Shown here one piece after another: positions 8,388 to 18,077 of a DNA stretch of 64,000 nt. This DNA comes from a virus. The translations under genes and the position numbers were made by a program. Within the stretch, counting starts at the first letter, position 1. Each line of letters starts with the position of its first letter. The notes under the pieces are model-generated. The model did not search any database, was not told where the DNA came from, and saw only the letters and a list, made by a program, of their open reading frames with translations. The stretch covers positions 1 to 64,000 of IMG/VR virus record IMGVR_UViG_3300044445_000048; one strand, written 5' to 3'.

Positions 8388-8591
8388 ATGGCCCTCATGT
8401 TGATCGATATCCGCGAAAGCATCCGCACCGCCGTGACCAAGGGCGGCATCCGAAAGACCGAGATCGCGGAGGAGGCGGGCCTGCACGTCAACTCGCTCAC
8501 CGGGATCGAGAAGGATGATTGGAATCCCCGGCTCACCACCGTGGAATCGATCTGCAAAGCGATCAGCACCATCAAGGCGCGTCGGGCCTAA
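8388..8591 (+). CDS. XRE/Cro-like helix-turn-helix regulator (67 aa)
   Basis: IRKTEIAEEAGLHVNSLTGIEKDD is a classic HTH. It is the first gene of the rightward operon. Confidence 0.75.
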   Translation: MALMLIDIRESIRTAVTKGGIRKTEIAEEAGLHVNSLTGIEKDDWNPRLTTVESICKAISTIKARRA

Positions 8592-8647
8592 CCTTCCCGC
8601 GCGTGACGATCCGCGCCGGCGGCACCGGCAAATCGAAGGAGCCACAC

Positions 8648-9331
8648 ATGGCAGAACGTGCGAACGCGGCGTCGACCGCGGCCGCGGCGGTAGGCGACCA
8701 GAAATACCTCGCCGCCATCAACATCATGAAAACCGATATCGCTCGAGCCAAGAGCCAACAGTCGAAGGCCGGCGGCGAGGCGAGCCAGGCGTACACCCGG
8801 ATCGAGAAGCTGGGCGTCAACAAGAAGGCGGCGACGTTCATTGCCAGCCTGCTCAACACCGAAGCGTCGATCGCGGAGGACGTGCTGCGCGGCGTGATCA
8901 ACCTCGCCACCGCGGCCGATATCATGCCGAAGGAAGATCTCGTCGATCTCGCCGATCGCATGGCGAACGCGGAAACCGGCGGCCGCAGCGCGCGCCGTCC
9001 AGCCGATGATACCGGCGGCGACGACGGGCAGGATGGTGATGACGATGATGACGCTGATGCTGGCGACGGCGCTCAAGCTAGCGATGCCGGCGACGGCGGT
9101 TCGATCGACGACGCCGACCTCGAGGATGAGGAGAAGCGTGACGCCGCCGGCGATGACGGCCCGGTGAGGCCGATCCACGACACCGACGATGCGACGTGGG
9201 ATGCGGCCGGTGAAGCGGCGGCGGCAGCGGCGAAGGTCGGGAAGAAGCCGACGCCGGCGGAAGCTCGCGCCGCACGGAAGGCGAACCTCCGCGCCGTTCC
9301 GGATGCGGTGTCCAGCGCGGCTCGCCACTGA
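8648..9331 (+). CDS. hypothetical protein with an extremely acidic central region
   Basis: ATG 8648 follows AAGGAG. It contains DDTGGDDGQDGDDDDDADAGDGAQASDAGDGGSIDDADLEDEE. Confidence 0.65.
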   Translation: MAERANAASTAAAAVGDQKYLAAINIMKTDIARAKSQQSKAGGEASQAYTRIEKLGVNKKAATFIASLLNTEASIAEDVLRGVINLATAADIMPKEDLVDLADRMANAETGGRSARRPADDTGGDDGQDGDDDDDADAGDGAQASDAGDGGSIDDADLEDEEKRDAAGDDGPVRPIHDTDDATWDAAGEAAAAAAKVGKKPTPAEARAARKANLRAVPDAVSSAARH

Positions 9332-9861
9332 TGTGCGTTCTCGCCCTCGATATCGCGACCAAGACGGGCTGGGCCTTGTTCGAGGAAGGCATGACGCGGC
9401 CCCACATGGGATCGCTGACGCTCAAGACGAAGAACCAAGGTAACGGTTTCGCGGGCGAGAACCTCCGCAAGCTGATCGCCGAGAAGCATGAGATCTACGG
9501 GATCGAGTATCTCGTGTTCGAGTCTCAGCACATCGGCAAGAAGATCAATCCGCAACTGGTCTACATGCTCATCGGCCTCGGCATGATGACGGAGTGGATG
9601 GCGCACCGGATGAAGGCGCAATGCTTCACTGTCGATATCGGCACATGGCGGAAGCATTTCATCGGCACCGGTGGCCTCGGCCGTGACGCCGCGAAAAAGA
9701 AAGCGATCGATATGTGCCGTTCGTATGGCTGGGCACCAGCCGACGACAACGAAGCGGATGCGTGTGGCATCCTCGACTATTTCCTGAGCCTCCCCGCGAT
9801 CGCTCAGCACTACACCCGGCCGTGGCGTGATCAGCAGATCATGCAGGGCTTCCGCGTATGA
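9331..9861 (+). CDS. ruvC: RuvC-like Holliday junction resolvase
   Basis: LALDIATKTGWA (catalytic Asp), LVFESQH (Glu) and NEADACGI follow the RuvC motif order. It is 176 aa long. Confidence 0.8.
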   Translation: MCVLALDIATKTGWALFEEGMTRPHMGSLTLKTKNQGNGFAGENLRKLIAEKHEIYGIEYLVFESQHIGKKINPQLVYMLIGLGMMTEWMAHRMKAQCFTVDIGTWRKHFIGTGGLGRDAAKKKAIDMCRSYGWAPADDNEADACGILDYFLSLPAIAQHYTRPWRDQQIMQGFRV

Positions 9862-10502
9862 AGCTCCCCACCACCCCCGGCGGCTTCGCGTTCATCGATG
9901 CAGATCCGCCGTGGTTATTCCGGAGCTACGCGCCGCCGGTCGACCTGGACGCATCGCGGGCGATCGAGAAGCACTATCCCACCATGTCGATCGACGAGAT
10001 CAAGGCGATGCCTGTCGCCGAGATCTGTGCGCCCGACTCGCACCTGGCGTTGTGGGCGACCGGCCCGACGATGCCGCAGGCGCTCGAGGTTATGACGTCG
10101 TGGGGCTTTACGTACAGCGGCTTCTTCCTGGTGTGGTTCAAGCTGCGCCGCGGGATCGCTGATCACCAGCTATGCATCGTCAACCAGATCGAGTCCGAGC
10201 TCCACATGGGGCTGGGCTACACGACCCGGAAGAATGTCGAGGTGTGCCTGCTCGGCCGCCGCGGCAAGCCGAAGCGGCTGGCGAAAGACGTGCGGGAGGT
10301 GGTGCCCGCGCCGCCGCATGAGCTCGATCACGAGCCGCTGGTCGCACCGGTGCGTCAGCATAGCCGGAAGCCCGACGAGGCATACCGCCGGATGGAGCGG
10401 TACGCCGCCGGCCCGTACCTGCAACTGTTCGGCCGTGAGAGCCGGCCGGGCTGGACGGTATGGGGCAACGAAGCCGAGAAGTTTGACGGTGTTGCTTCAT
10501 GA
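9858..10502 (+). CDS. MT-A70 family N6-adenine DNA methyltransferase
   Basis: The DPPW catalytic motif (FIDADPPWLF) is present, and the length and motif order fit MT-A70. Confidence 0.85.
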   Translation: MKLPTTPGGFAFIDADPPWLFRSYAPPVDLDASRAIEKHYPTMSIDEIKAMPVAEICAPDSHLALWATGPTMPQALEVMTSWGFTYSGFFLVWFKLRRGIADHQLCIVNQIESELHMGLGYTTRKNVEVCLLGRRGKPKRLAKDVREVVPAPPHELDHEPLVAPVRQHSRKPDEAYRRMERYAAGPYLQLFGRESRPGWTVWGNEAEKFDGVAS

Positions 10503-12085
10503 GCGACGATTGGAACCAGAGCGGCGGCGGCGGCGACGATTGGGGTCGCGGGGCCGATGATGGTGACGGGTTCTCGTCGCGTCCGGACAGCACCGAATGG
10601 AACAGCACGTCGGTCGACGGCAACCCGCGGCCGCCGGAGAAGGCGCTCGCGAACGTCGAGGCGGAGGCGGCGCTGCTCGGCGCGTTGATGATCGACAACC
10701 GCGTGCTCGGCAACGTCCAGCACCTTCTGACCGGCGGCGACTTTTTCGAGCCGCTGCACGGCCGGATCTACGAGACGATCCTCAAGATCCTGAGCGAGGG
10801 CGGCCACGCCACGCCGGTGACGCTCAAGCCGTATTTTGAGCTCGACCCGTCGATGACGGAGCTCGGCGGCGTGCAATACCTGGCCGGGCTCACCGGCTCC
10901 GGCGCGGGCCTGATCGGTGCGGCATCGTTCGCCGTGCAGATCCGCGACCTGTCGGATCTCCGCAAGATGACGGTGGTGCTCGAGGAGGGCATTGCTCAGG
11001 CGCGGAACACGGCGGAGGAAATCAGCCCGGCGGCGGTGATGGAAGCCGTCACGTCGGGGCTGGCGATCGCCGGCGAGCGGCACGAGCGCGCCCCGGTGCG
11101 GTCGGCGGCCGACATGATCAAGATCTCCCGCAAGCGCATCCGCGAGATCCGCGCCGGTGCGAGCATGGGTGCGATCTGCCGATCGATCGCCGATATCAAC
11201 GACGTGCTGGGGCCGCTCGCGCCCAAGACGCTGACCGTGATCGGCGGCCGCCCGAGCATGGGCAAGTCGGTGCTCGCGCAAAGCCTCGCCTGGGGATACG
11301 CGGCCAACGATAATCCGACCGCGCTGATCTCGCTCGAAATGGCGGAGGAGGCGCTGGCGAACCGGCTGACCGCGGATCTGACGCACGCGCTGAATGATCC
11401 GGTGCCGCTCAAACTAATCCAGAATGGCAAGACGACGAACGATCACGACGCCGTGATCGACGCCGCCGCGCTGATCATGGAGAACATGCCGCTGGACGTG
11501 ATGAGCCCCGACCGGTCGACGATCGAAGCGGTCGAGGCGATGGTCGCGAAGCTGGTCGACAAGTGGAAGCGCAAGGGCAAGCCGCTCAAGGTGCTGATCC
11601 TCGACTATCTACAGATCATCGGCACCAGCCGGCGGTTCAAGGATGGGCGCGAGCGGGTCGACTATATCAGCGAGCGGTGCCTGGGCATGGCGAAGCGGTA
11701 CGGCCTCGCCGTCATCGTGCTCAGCCAGCTAAGCCGCGCCGTCGAGCAGCGTCCGGACAGCCGGCCGCAGCTATCAGATCTCAAGGAATCGGGCCGCATC
11801 GAGGAGGACGCCGACAACGTCGTGCTCGTCTACCGCGCCGAATACTACCTCGAGCGGGACAAGAAACAGGAGGGAGATAAGGGCTATGACGATTGGCTGA
11901 TCGAATATGAGCGCAGCCGCGGCAGGGTCGATCTGATCGCTGCCAAGGTGCGCCAGGGCGAAGTGGGCGTGCGCCGCGTGAAGTGGTTCGGCGCAAGCCA
12001 GGCGATCAGGGGCTCGGCGTGGGAAGCCCCGTTCATGGACAGCCGCAACGATCTCATCCCCGAAGCATGGTTGAAAGCAGCGTAA
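10499..12085 (+). CDS. dnaB: DnaB-type replicative helicase
   Basis: The N-terminal pattern is NVEAEAALLGALMIDN...HGRIYETI. Walker A is GGRPSMGKSVLAQ. ILDYLQ and LSQLSR are also present. Confidence 0.9.
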   Translation: MSDDWNQSGGGGDDWGRGADDGDGFSSRPDSTEWNSTSVDGNPRPPEKALANVEAEAALLGALMIDNRVLGNVQHLLTGGDFFEPLHGRIYETILKILSEGGHATPVTLKPYFELDPSMTELGGVQYLAGLTGSGAGLIGAASFAVQIRDLSDLRKMTVVLEEGIAQARNTAEEISPAAVMEAVTSGLAIAGERHERAPVRSAADMIKISRKRIREIRAGASMGAICRSIADINDVLGPLAPKTLTVIGGRPSMGKSVLAQSLAWGYAANDNPTALISLEMAEEALANRLTADLTHALNDPVPLKLIQNGKTTNDHDAVIDAAALIMENMPLDVMSPDRSTIEAVEAMVAKLVDKWKRKGKPLKVLILDYLQIIGTSRRFKDGRERVDYISERCLGMAKRYGLAVIVLSQLSRAVEQRPDSRPQLSDLKESGRIEEDADNVVLVYRAEYYLERDKKQEGDKGYDDWLIEYERSRGRVDLIAAKVRQGEVGVRRVKWFGASQAIRGSAWEAPFMDSRNDLIPEAWLKAA

Positions 12086-12100
12086 CCAAAGGGCCTCTCA

Positions 12101-13114
12101 ATGTCGTATGATCTACTCCGTTCGGCCAAGCATATCCGGGGCTTGTCGAACGCCGAATTCCGGGTGCTGTTCTACCTCCTCGAGGCGGCGCGCAGCGACA
12201 CGAACACCTGTTTCCCGAGCATCAAGAAGATCGCCACGTTCACGGACATGGCGGAACGGACGGTGCAGCGGCACATCACCGCGCTCGCCGATCGCGGCCT
12301 GTTCGAGCGGATCGAGCAGCGTCGCAACGACGGCAGCAGGATGGTGAATTGCTACCGGTTCGTGGTGGCCGGCACGATCCGGATCGGGCGGGAATCCGTC
12401 ATCCAGATCGAGCCGGAGGATCACGAAGCCGACGTGGAACAACCCGCCAATAATGGCGGGTTGACCAACCCGCCAGTTTTGACACCACCCCCCGTCAATA
12501 CTGACACCACCCCCCGTCAGGATTGGCGGGACATAGACAAGGAATCGGAACCGGGAATCTCCCCTCAAGAGTCTTCGACTCTTGAACCCCCCGTCGAGAA
12601 AGATCTGCTCGGTGAGCCTGTGCTCACGGCAGAGCAGGAAGAAGCGGCTCGGCAGGGTAGGCTCATCCAATTCGTCGATACGGCGTGGGCAGATGCACGA
12701 CGGCGATATCCGATGATGGTCGCCTCGACCGTCACTCCGCGCCGGCAAAAGCTGGTGATCAAGCGGGGCGATATCGGTGCGTGGGCGAAAGCGTTCGCAG
12801 CGATTGAGGCGAGCCCGTTCCTTCAAGGGAACAGCCCGGCCGGCAAAGATCGCAGCCAGCCGTTCGTTGTCAGCATGGATTGGCTGCTCAAGGCCGCGAA
12901 CTTCGATAAGGTGGTAGAAGGAACCTACAGTGACAAACGCGCTCTCTCATCCGGCTACGACGCAAATTCAGGCCGCAAGCTCACCGCAGTCGAACAGGCT
13001 TCGCGTCATGTCATTGCCGGCATACGAGAGAGCCGAGCTCGGCGAGGGTTCGGCGGCGATCGCGGCGGCGCTGACGGCGGAGCACCGCTCCTTACTGACG
13101 GCCGAGCACGATAG
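12101..13114 (+). CDS. HTH-domain replication-organiser-like protein
   Basis: The N-terminal wHTH is FRVLFYLLEAARSDTNTCFPSIKKIATFTDMAERTVQRHITALADRGL. It lies directly after dnaB. The 3' end overlaps the next ORF, so the stop region is uncertain. Confidence 0.6.
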   Translation: MSYDLLRSAKHIRGLSNAEFRVLFYLLEAARSDTNTCFPSIKKIATFTDMAERTVQRHITALADRGLFERIEQRRNDGSRMVNCYRFVVAGTIRIGRESVIQIEPEDHEADVEQPANNGGLTNPPVLTPPPVNTDTTPRQDWRDIDKESEPGISPQESSTLEPPVEKDLLGEPVLTAEQEEAARQGRLIQFVDTAWADARRRYPMMVASTVTPRRQKLVIKRGDIGAWAKAFAAIEASPFLQGNSPAGKDRSQPFVVSMDWLLKAANFDKVVEGTYSDKRALSSGYDANSGRKLTAVEQASRHVIAGIRESRARRGFGGDRGGADGGAPLLTDGRAR

Positions 13115-13427
13115 CGTCATGAGCGCGCTGGCCCCGGTACATGCCGATGCGCTCGAGTATCTGACGGAGCGGCTGACCGAGATCATGGATCTCATCGCGG
13201 GCAGCATGACGCCGGAAGCAATCCAGCGGTGGCTGGCGCGAGCCACCCAGGTGCTCAGCGCGTGCCCCAACGGCGCGCTCGAGCAGGTGTTCGACAAAGC
13301 GATCGTCACCTGCAAATGGCCGAATGAGGTGGTCGCCTACGTCGTCGAGCAATGCGCCGATTGGCAGAAGCCGATCCAGAAGCACGCCAACGTGCTCAAG
13401 AAGGTTCACGAGGCGATGCGCGCATGA
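13008..13427 (+). CDS. hypothetical protein (139 aa; alternative start ATG 13119)
   Basis: GC3 favours this frame from 13008 onward. It overlaps 12101..13114 by ~107 nt. Confidence 0.5.
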   Translation: MSLPAYERAELGEGSAAIAAALTAEHRSLLTAEHDSVMSALAPVHADALEYLTERLTEIMDLIAGSMTPEAIQRWLARATQVLSACPNGALEQVFDKAIVTCKWPNEVVAYVVEQCADWQKPIQKHANVLKKVHEAMRA

Positions 13428-14209
13428 CCCAGAGCTCAGTCCAGCGTCGCGCGCGTCTCGCCGCGGCGCTGGACTCATCGGTCGACGGTGAATTCGTCAC
13501 GCTCGACGACATGATGGCGGTGTGGGGCGTGTCGAAGGGCACGATGGTCAACACCATCAAGATGATCCCGTTCTTTCCGCCGCAGGATCACGTCGGCGAG
13601 CGCAACCGGGTCTATTACAAGCGGCGCGAGGCGCTGGCGGCGTTGCAGAAGTGGGAGCACCGCGGCGACCATGTGAACGCCGATCGTCAGCGGCGGCTCA
13701 ACAAGATCATGGGCATCACCGACGAGGAGGAAGCCGGCGCTCTCCCGATCGGTGACATGATGAAGGCTTCCGCCCTTCGTGCGGAAATGGAACAGCGCAT
13801 GGTCGCGCAGCGCGCCCTCGTCGCGAAGGCCGATGTGGCGAACACCGGGGCGCGGGTGTTCGAGATTATCAGCCGGTTGCTCAGCAATCTCGGCACCGTC
13901 GTCGACCCGAACGGGATCTACCCGGCGGCGGTGCGGGAGGCGGCCGACGCCGCCGGTCATCAACGTCTGTTGCGCATACACGCTGAAATGAAGGATATGC
14001 TCGCCGGCAATGTCCATGATGCTCAACCAGATGGAGATCGAAAGGCTCGAGGCGGATCTCGCAAGCCTGGGAACGCTCGACCATCTGGCGGCCGCGGCGG
14101 AGGCATGGGCAAGCCGGCTGGACATGCTCCTGCCGCCGGGCGCGATAACGACAAATCAGTGGGCGCGAAACGACCGGTACGTCAAAGGGCGAAACGAGCT
14201 CCCGGCTAA
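13424..14209 (+). CDS. terminase small subunit candidate (Nu1-like HTH N-terminus)
   Basis: It lies immediately upstream of a GpA-type terminase. The N-terminal HTH is VTLDDMMAVWGVSKGTMVNTIK. ATGA overlap at the start. The last ~65 codons overlap terL out of frame. Confidence 0.5.
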   Translation: MTQSSVQRRARLAAALDSSVDGEFVTLDDMMAVWGVSKGTMVNTIKMIPFFPPQDHVGERNRVYYKRREALAALQKWEHRGDHVNADRQRRLNKIMGITDEEEAGALPIGDMMKASALRAEMEQRMVAQRALVAKADVANTGARVFEIISRLLSNLGTVVDPNGIYPAAVREAADAAGHQRLLRIHAEMKDMLAGNVHDAQPDGDRKARGGSRKPGNARPSGGRGGGMGKPAGHAPAAGRDNDKSVGAKRPVRQRAKRAPG

Positions 14210-16172
14210 ATTCGACTTCAACCTCACGCCCTACGTCGAGGGCATCCAAGACGCATGCGATCGCCCCGGTGTTCGCGTCGTCGCCGTCTCCGGCAACGGT
14301 CGATCCGGCAAGACGATGGGCGCGGAGAACCAGGCGCTCAAGCGCATCCAGCACGGCCCGTTCGGGGATATGTTCTGGTACATGCAGTCGAAAGACGCGG
14401 TCGAAGATTACATGGAGGAGCGCGGGGAGTGGAACCTCGAGCACCACGAGAAGATCGCCGCGAAGATTGATCACGAATGGAAGCGGCAGTCCCGCACCCG
14501 TAAGAAGATCGGGGAATCGCAATACCGCTGGCTGGCCGCGTCGAAGGGAACCCTCCGCGGTAAGGCCGCCGCCTTCATCGTTGCCGACGAGATCGACGCC
14601 TATCCGGCCCGCATCCTCAAGGGCCTGCTCACCCTCCTCCGCAACCGCCAGCGCGAATTCGGATCGGCCGCGCTGCTCTATCTGTGCTCGCACCCCGACG
14701 CCGGCACCACGATGGGCATCGACAAGATCATTCAGGATGGGCTCCGTCATTCCTGGTACTGGTCATGTCTGCATTGCGGGAAGCCGTCGTCGCCGAACCC
14801 GCACGCCAAGCAACGCATGCGGTGGAACCTAGCCGAACTGCTCGGCGAAACGGACGGCGTCGATCGCGTCGATATCCTCCGCTACGTCAAAGAGAAGTCG
14901 CGGCTGATCTGTCCGCATTGCCAAGCGCCCTATGACAACGCGGAGCGCCTGATCCTCTCACGCGAAACCGGCGCGTGGGTGCAGCCGGGCCAGGTGCTCA
15001 TCGCGCCGAAGAAGGTGGACGGAATCGAGCGGGTGCAGGACGTCATGGGCTTCTGCATCCATGCGTTCATGGCCCCGTTCATTTCGATCGGCGAAGCGGC
15101 CGAGGAATATACCGCCGCGAAATTCGATTACGACGACACCGACGACGACGAGAACCTCAAGACGGCCACCGCCTTCACGCTGGGCGAGCCGTACAGCGCG
15201 CCCGACGAGGATACCAAGCTCGAGGATTGGGAGGTGATCGCTCGCCGGATGAAGGGGGGCGGCGCGTATGTCATGGGCACCGTACCGGACGGCGTCCACT
15301 TCCTCACCGCGTTCGTCGACGTCCAGGTCGATCGCTTCGTGGTCGCCGTCATCGGCTGGTCTCAGGGGCGCGAATCGTGGCTGATCGATCGGTTCGAGAT
15401 CAAGCAATGGCCGGCGGTCGATGGGCGGCCGGCGTTCGGGCAGATCTCGCCGTTCAAGAACCTCGCCGATTGGACAGTGCTCGAGCAGGCCGTGATCGCG
15501 CAGTCCTACCCGCTGGTGCGAGATCCGAGCCTGCACCTGCCGATCGCGCGCGTCGGCGTCGACACCGGCGGCGGCGACGAGACCACGAACAATGCCCGCC
15601 TGTGGGCGTCGGCGGCGATCGCTAGGAAGAAAGATCCGATCCCCGAGTATCGCATCCAGCTTCTCAAGGGCTCGAGCTACTGGACGGGCGAGCTCTACGG
15701 AAAGCCGCGGCAGGTAACGGCCGACGATCGCGGTGCTGCGCTGCCGACGCCGATCTGGGAACGCACGCACGTCGTCAACCGGATCAAGGTGATCATCGCC
15801 AAGCGCACGAAGATCGGCACCCCCGGCCCTGGCATGATGCACGCGCCGCAGGACACGGCCGACAAGCTGTTCAAGGAACTGGTCTCGGAAAAGCTGACCG
15901 GCGATCACTGGATCAAGTCCGGCGCGAACGAAATGTGGGATCAGTGGGTGGGCGCTGAGACGCTGCGTGCTTCGTTGCAGCCTGAGCGGATCATCGAGAG
16001 CACCGGCCTCATGATCGACTTCGACCGGAAGCCGCCGTCATGGGCGCGCCCATTCAAATATGGGGTCGAGCCCGGAATCGACACCAAGGTCCGGAAGCTG
16101 GTATCGCCCTACAGCCGCATGGTCGAGGTGAACGGCGGCGAGGACGGGGCAAATCCCTATGGGGCTGTATAG
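14010..16172 (+). CDS. terL: terminase large subunit, lambda GpA family
   Basis: LTPYVEGIQDACDRPGVRVVAVSGNGRSGKT (Walker A) fits GpA. At 720 aa it is followed by gpW and a lambda-type portal. Confidence 0.9.
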   Translation: MSMMLNQMEIERLEADLASLGTLDHLAAAAEAWASRLDMLLPPGAITTNQWARNDRYVKGRNELPAKFDFNLTPYVEGIQDACDRPGVRVVAVSGNGRSGKTMGAENQALKRIQHGPFGDMFWYMQSKDAVEDYMEERGEWNLEHHEKIAAKIDHEWKRQSRTRKKIGESQYRWLAASKGTLRGKAAAFIVADEIDAYPARILKGLLTLLRNRQREFGSAALLYLCSHPDAGTTMGIDKIIQDGLRHSWYWSCLHCGKPSSPNPHAKQRMRWNLAELLGETDGVDRVDILRYVKEKSRLICPHCQAPYDNAERLILSRETGAWVQPGQVLIAPKKVDGIERVQDVMGFCIHAFMAPFISIGEAAEEYTAAKFDYDDTDDDENLKTATAFTLGEPYSAPDEDTKLEDWEVIARRMKGGGAYVMGTVPDGVHFLTAFVDVQVDRFVVAVIGWSQGRESWLIDRFEIKQWPAVDGRPAFGQISPFKNLADWTVLEQAVIAQSYPLVRDPSLHLPIARVGVDTGGGDETTNNARLWASAAIARKKDPIPEYRIQLLKGSSYWTGELYGKPRQVTADDRGAALPTPIWERTHVVNRIKVIIAKRTKIGTPGPGMMHAPQDTADKLFKELVSEKLTGDHWIKSGANEMWDQWVGAETLRASLQPERIIESTGLMIDFDRKPPSWARPFKYGVEPGIDTKVRKLVSPYSRMVEVNGGEDGANPYGAV

Positions 16173-16416
16173 TGATCTGACTGTTGCCGAGATCCGCGAG
16201 AAGATCGTGGAGATCCGGACGGCCGTCGAAACCGCGGTGATGGGCGGCGAAGTCGAGGTGATCTCCGGCGAAGGCCGGATGATGAAGGCGCGCCTGCTCA
16301 GTATCAGCGAGGCCAAGGGTCTCATCGCGCTGCTACAGGAGGAGCTCACCGATCCCGAGCGCACCGGGATTGCACGGCGCGGTCGCGCCCTTGGCGTAAG
16401 GATCGATGCACGATGA
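16159..16416 (+). CDS. gpW-like head-tail joining protein
   Basis: This 85-aa protein sits between terL and the portal as in lambda. Its helical pattern and C-terminal RRGRALGVRI resemble gpW. Confidence 0.7.
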   Translation: MGLYSDLTVAEIREKIVEIRTAVETAVMGGEVEVISGEGRMMKARLLSISEAKGLIALLQEELTDPERTGIARRGRALGVRIDAR

Positions 16417-18077
16417 AACTTCCCGAGCTCGTGGGCTACGATGAGGCCAAGGGTAAGCCCAAGATGCGGATCGCCGCCGACTTCTCGTGGGAGGCGTTCC
16501 GCCAGCTTGGCGGCGACACGCAACTCGACTTCACCCCGAAGCTGTCCGGCAACCAGGAGCAACTGCGCACCCGCGACAAGGCGGTGGCGAAGGCGCGCGA
16601 CACCGAGAACAACACCGAGGCGATCCGCGGCGGCCTCGATCGCAAGGCGAACACCGTCGTCGGTCCCGCGCTGCGCCCCGTCCCGACGCCGGATCTCCGG
16701 TGGCTGGGCCGCCCGACCGACGTCGATTGGCTGCTCGAGTATCAGCAGTCGGCGACGTCGGCGTTCAACGAATGGGCGAACGATCGCTTCCAGCGGTGCG
16801 ACGCCGAGGGCCATTACAATTTCGGCGGCTTGATGTGGCAGGCGTTCCGATCGCTCACCGGGCCGGAAGCCGAAGTCGGCGGATACATCGGCTACGATCG
16901 CGACCGCGCCGATCGCATGGGGCATAAGTGGGGCACGTTCGTCCACCTGGTCGATAGCGCGCGGATCTCGAACCCGGATGGCAAGCCCGACTATTCGTGG
17001 CTCAAGTCCGGCCGCCAGGTCGACGAGCTCGGTGCGATGGAGGGGCTCTATATCGCCACCCGTCACCCCGGCGAAGCGCCGACGTCCGACGAGAAGGTGA
17101 CGCGCAACGCGACGTGGGATTTCGTCCCGCGCTACACGGACAGCGGCCGCCCGATGGCGTTCCACTGGTTCTTCAAGCGCCGGCCGGGGATGCAGCGCGC
17201 GCTCACCTCGCTCACCGCGGTGCTGCGCACCGTCCAGCTATTGTCGCGCTTCAACGACGCGACGTTGCAGACGGCCGTGTCGAACTCGCTCATGGCGACG
17301 TTCATCAAAACGACCATGTCGCCGGAGAAGGCCGCGGAGCACATGGCTCCCGGTGATGAGGATCAGCCGAGCGAGTATTTCGAGAAGGTCGACGCCTACA
17401 GCAAGATGAACTTGCGGTTCGGCGATAAGCGCATCCCGGTACTCGGGCCGAACGACGAGATCGTGTTCGAGTCCCTCGAGGGCGCGGCGATGGATTTCGA
17501 CCCGTTTCGCAACGCCTTCCTCCGCGAGCTCGCCTCCGCGCTCAATATCAGCTTCGAGCAACTCAGCCTCGACTTCTCCCGCTCGAGCTACTCGTCGACG
17601 CGCAGCAGCCTCATGGAAGCGTGGAAGCAGGTGATGTTCGAGCGTTTCATGTTCACGAACCACGTCGCCGGCTTGGTGTACGATGCCGTGATCGAGGAGG
17701 CGTTCGCGCTCGGCATCCTGGTCGAACCGACCGGCGCACCGTCGTTCTACGAAGCGCGGCAGGCGTACACGAATTGCCGGTGGATCGGGCCGGCGCAGGG
17801 CTGGGTAGATCCGGCGAAGGAAATCACGGCCGCGCAGACGCGCGTCGCGCTGGGGATCTCGAGCCTGTCGACCGAAGCGGCCGGGCAGGGCGAGGATTGG
17901 CACGACGTTCTGTTGCAGCGGTCGCTCGAGAACAGGGTCGCCGCCGAGCTCGGTGTTGTCATCGACACCGGCGGCGGCGGCGCGCCGGGCACCAACGCCG
18001 CCGAAGATGATGAGGAGGCCGCGAACGCAAAGAGCGACGCCGCCGGCAACAAGGAACCAGCCGATGCAAATGCCTGA
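16413..18077 (+). CDS. portal protein, lambda (gpB) family
   Basis: It is 554 aa long and sits in the lambda gpB position. The overall pattern resembles lambda-type portals. Confidence 0.85.
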   Translation: MKLPELVGYDEAKGKPKMRIAADFSWEAFRQLGGDTQLDFTPKLSGNQEQLRTRDKAVAKARDTENNTEAIRGGLDRKANTVVGPALRPVPTPDLRWLGRPTDVDWLLEYQQSATSAFNEWANDRFQRCDAEGHYNFGGLMWQAFRSLTGPEAEVGGYIGYDRDRADRMGHKWGTFVHLVDSARISNPDGKPDYSWLKSGRQVDELGAMEGLYIATRHPGEAPTSDEKVTRNATWDFVPRYTDSGRPMAFHWFFKRRPGMQRALTSLTAVLRTVQLLSRFNDATLQTAVSNSLMATFIKTTMSPEKAAEHMAPGDEDQPSEYFEKVDAYSKMNLRFGDKRIPVLGPNDEIVFESLEGAAMDFDPFRNAFLRELASALNISFEQLSLDFSRSSYSSTRSSLMEAWKQVMFERFMFTNHVAGLVYDAVIEEAFALGILVEPTGAPSFYEARQAYTNCRWIGPAQGWVDPAKEITAAQTRVALGISSLSTEAAGQGEDWHDVLLQRSLENRVAAELGVVIDTGGGGAPGTNAAEDDEEAANAKSDAAGNKEPADANA

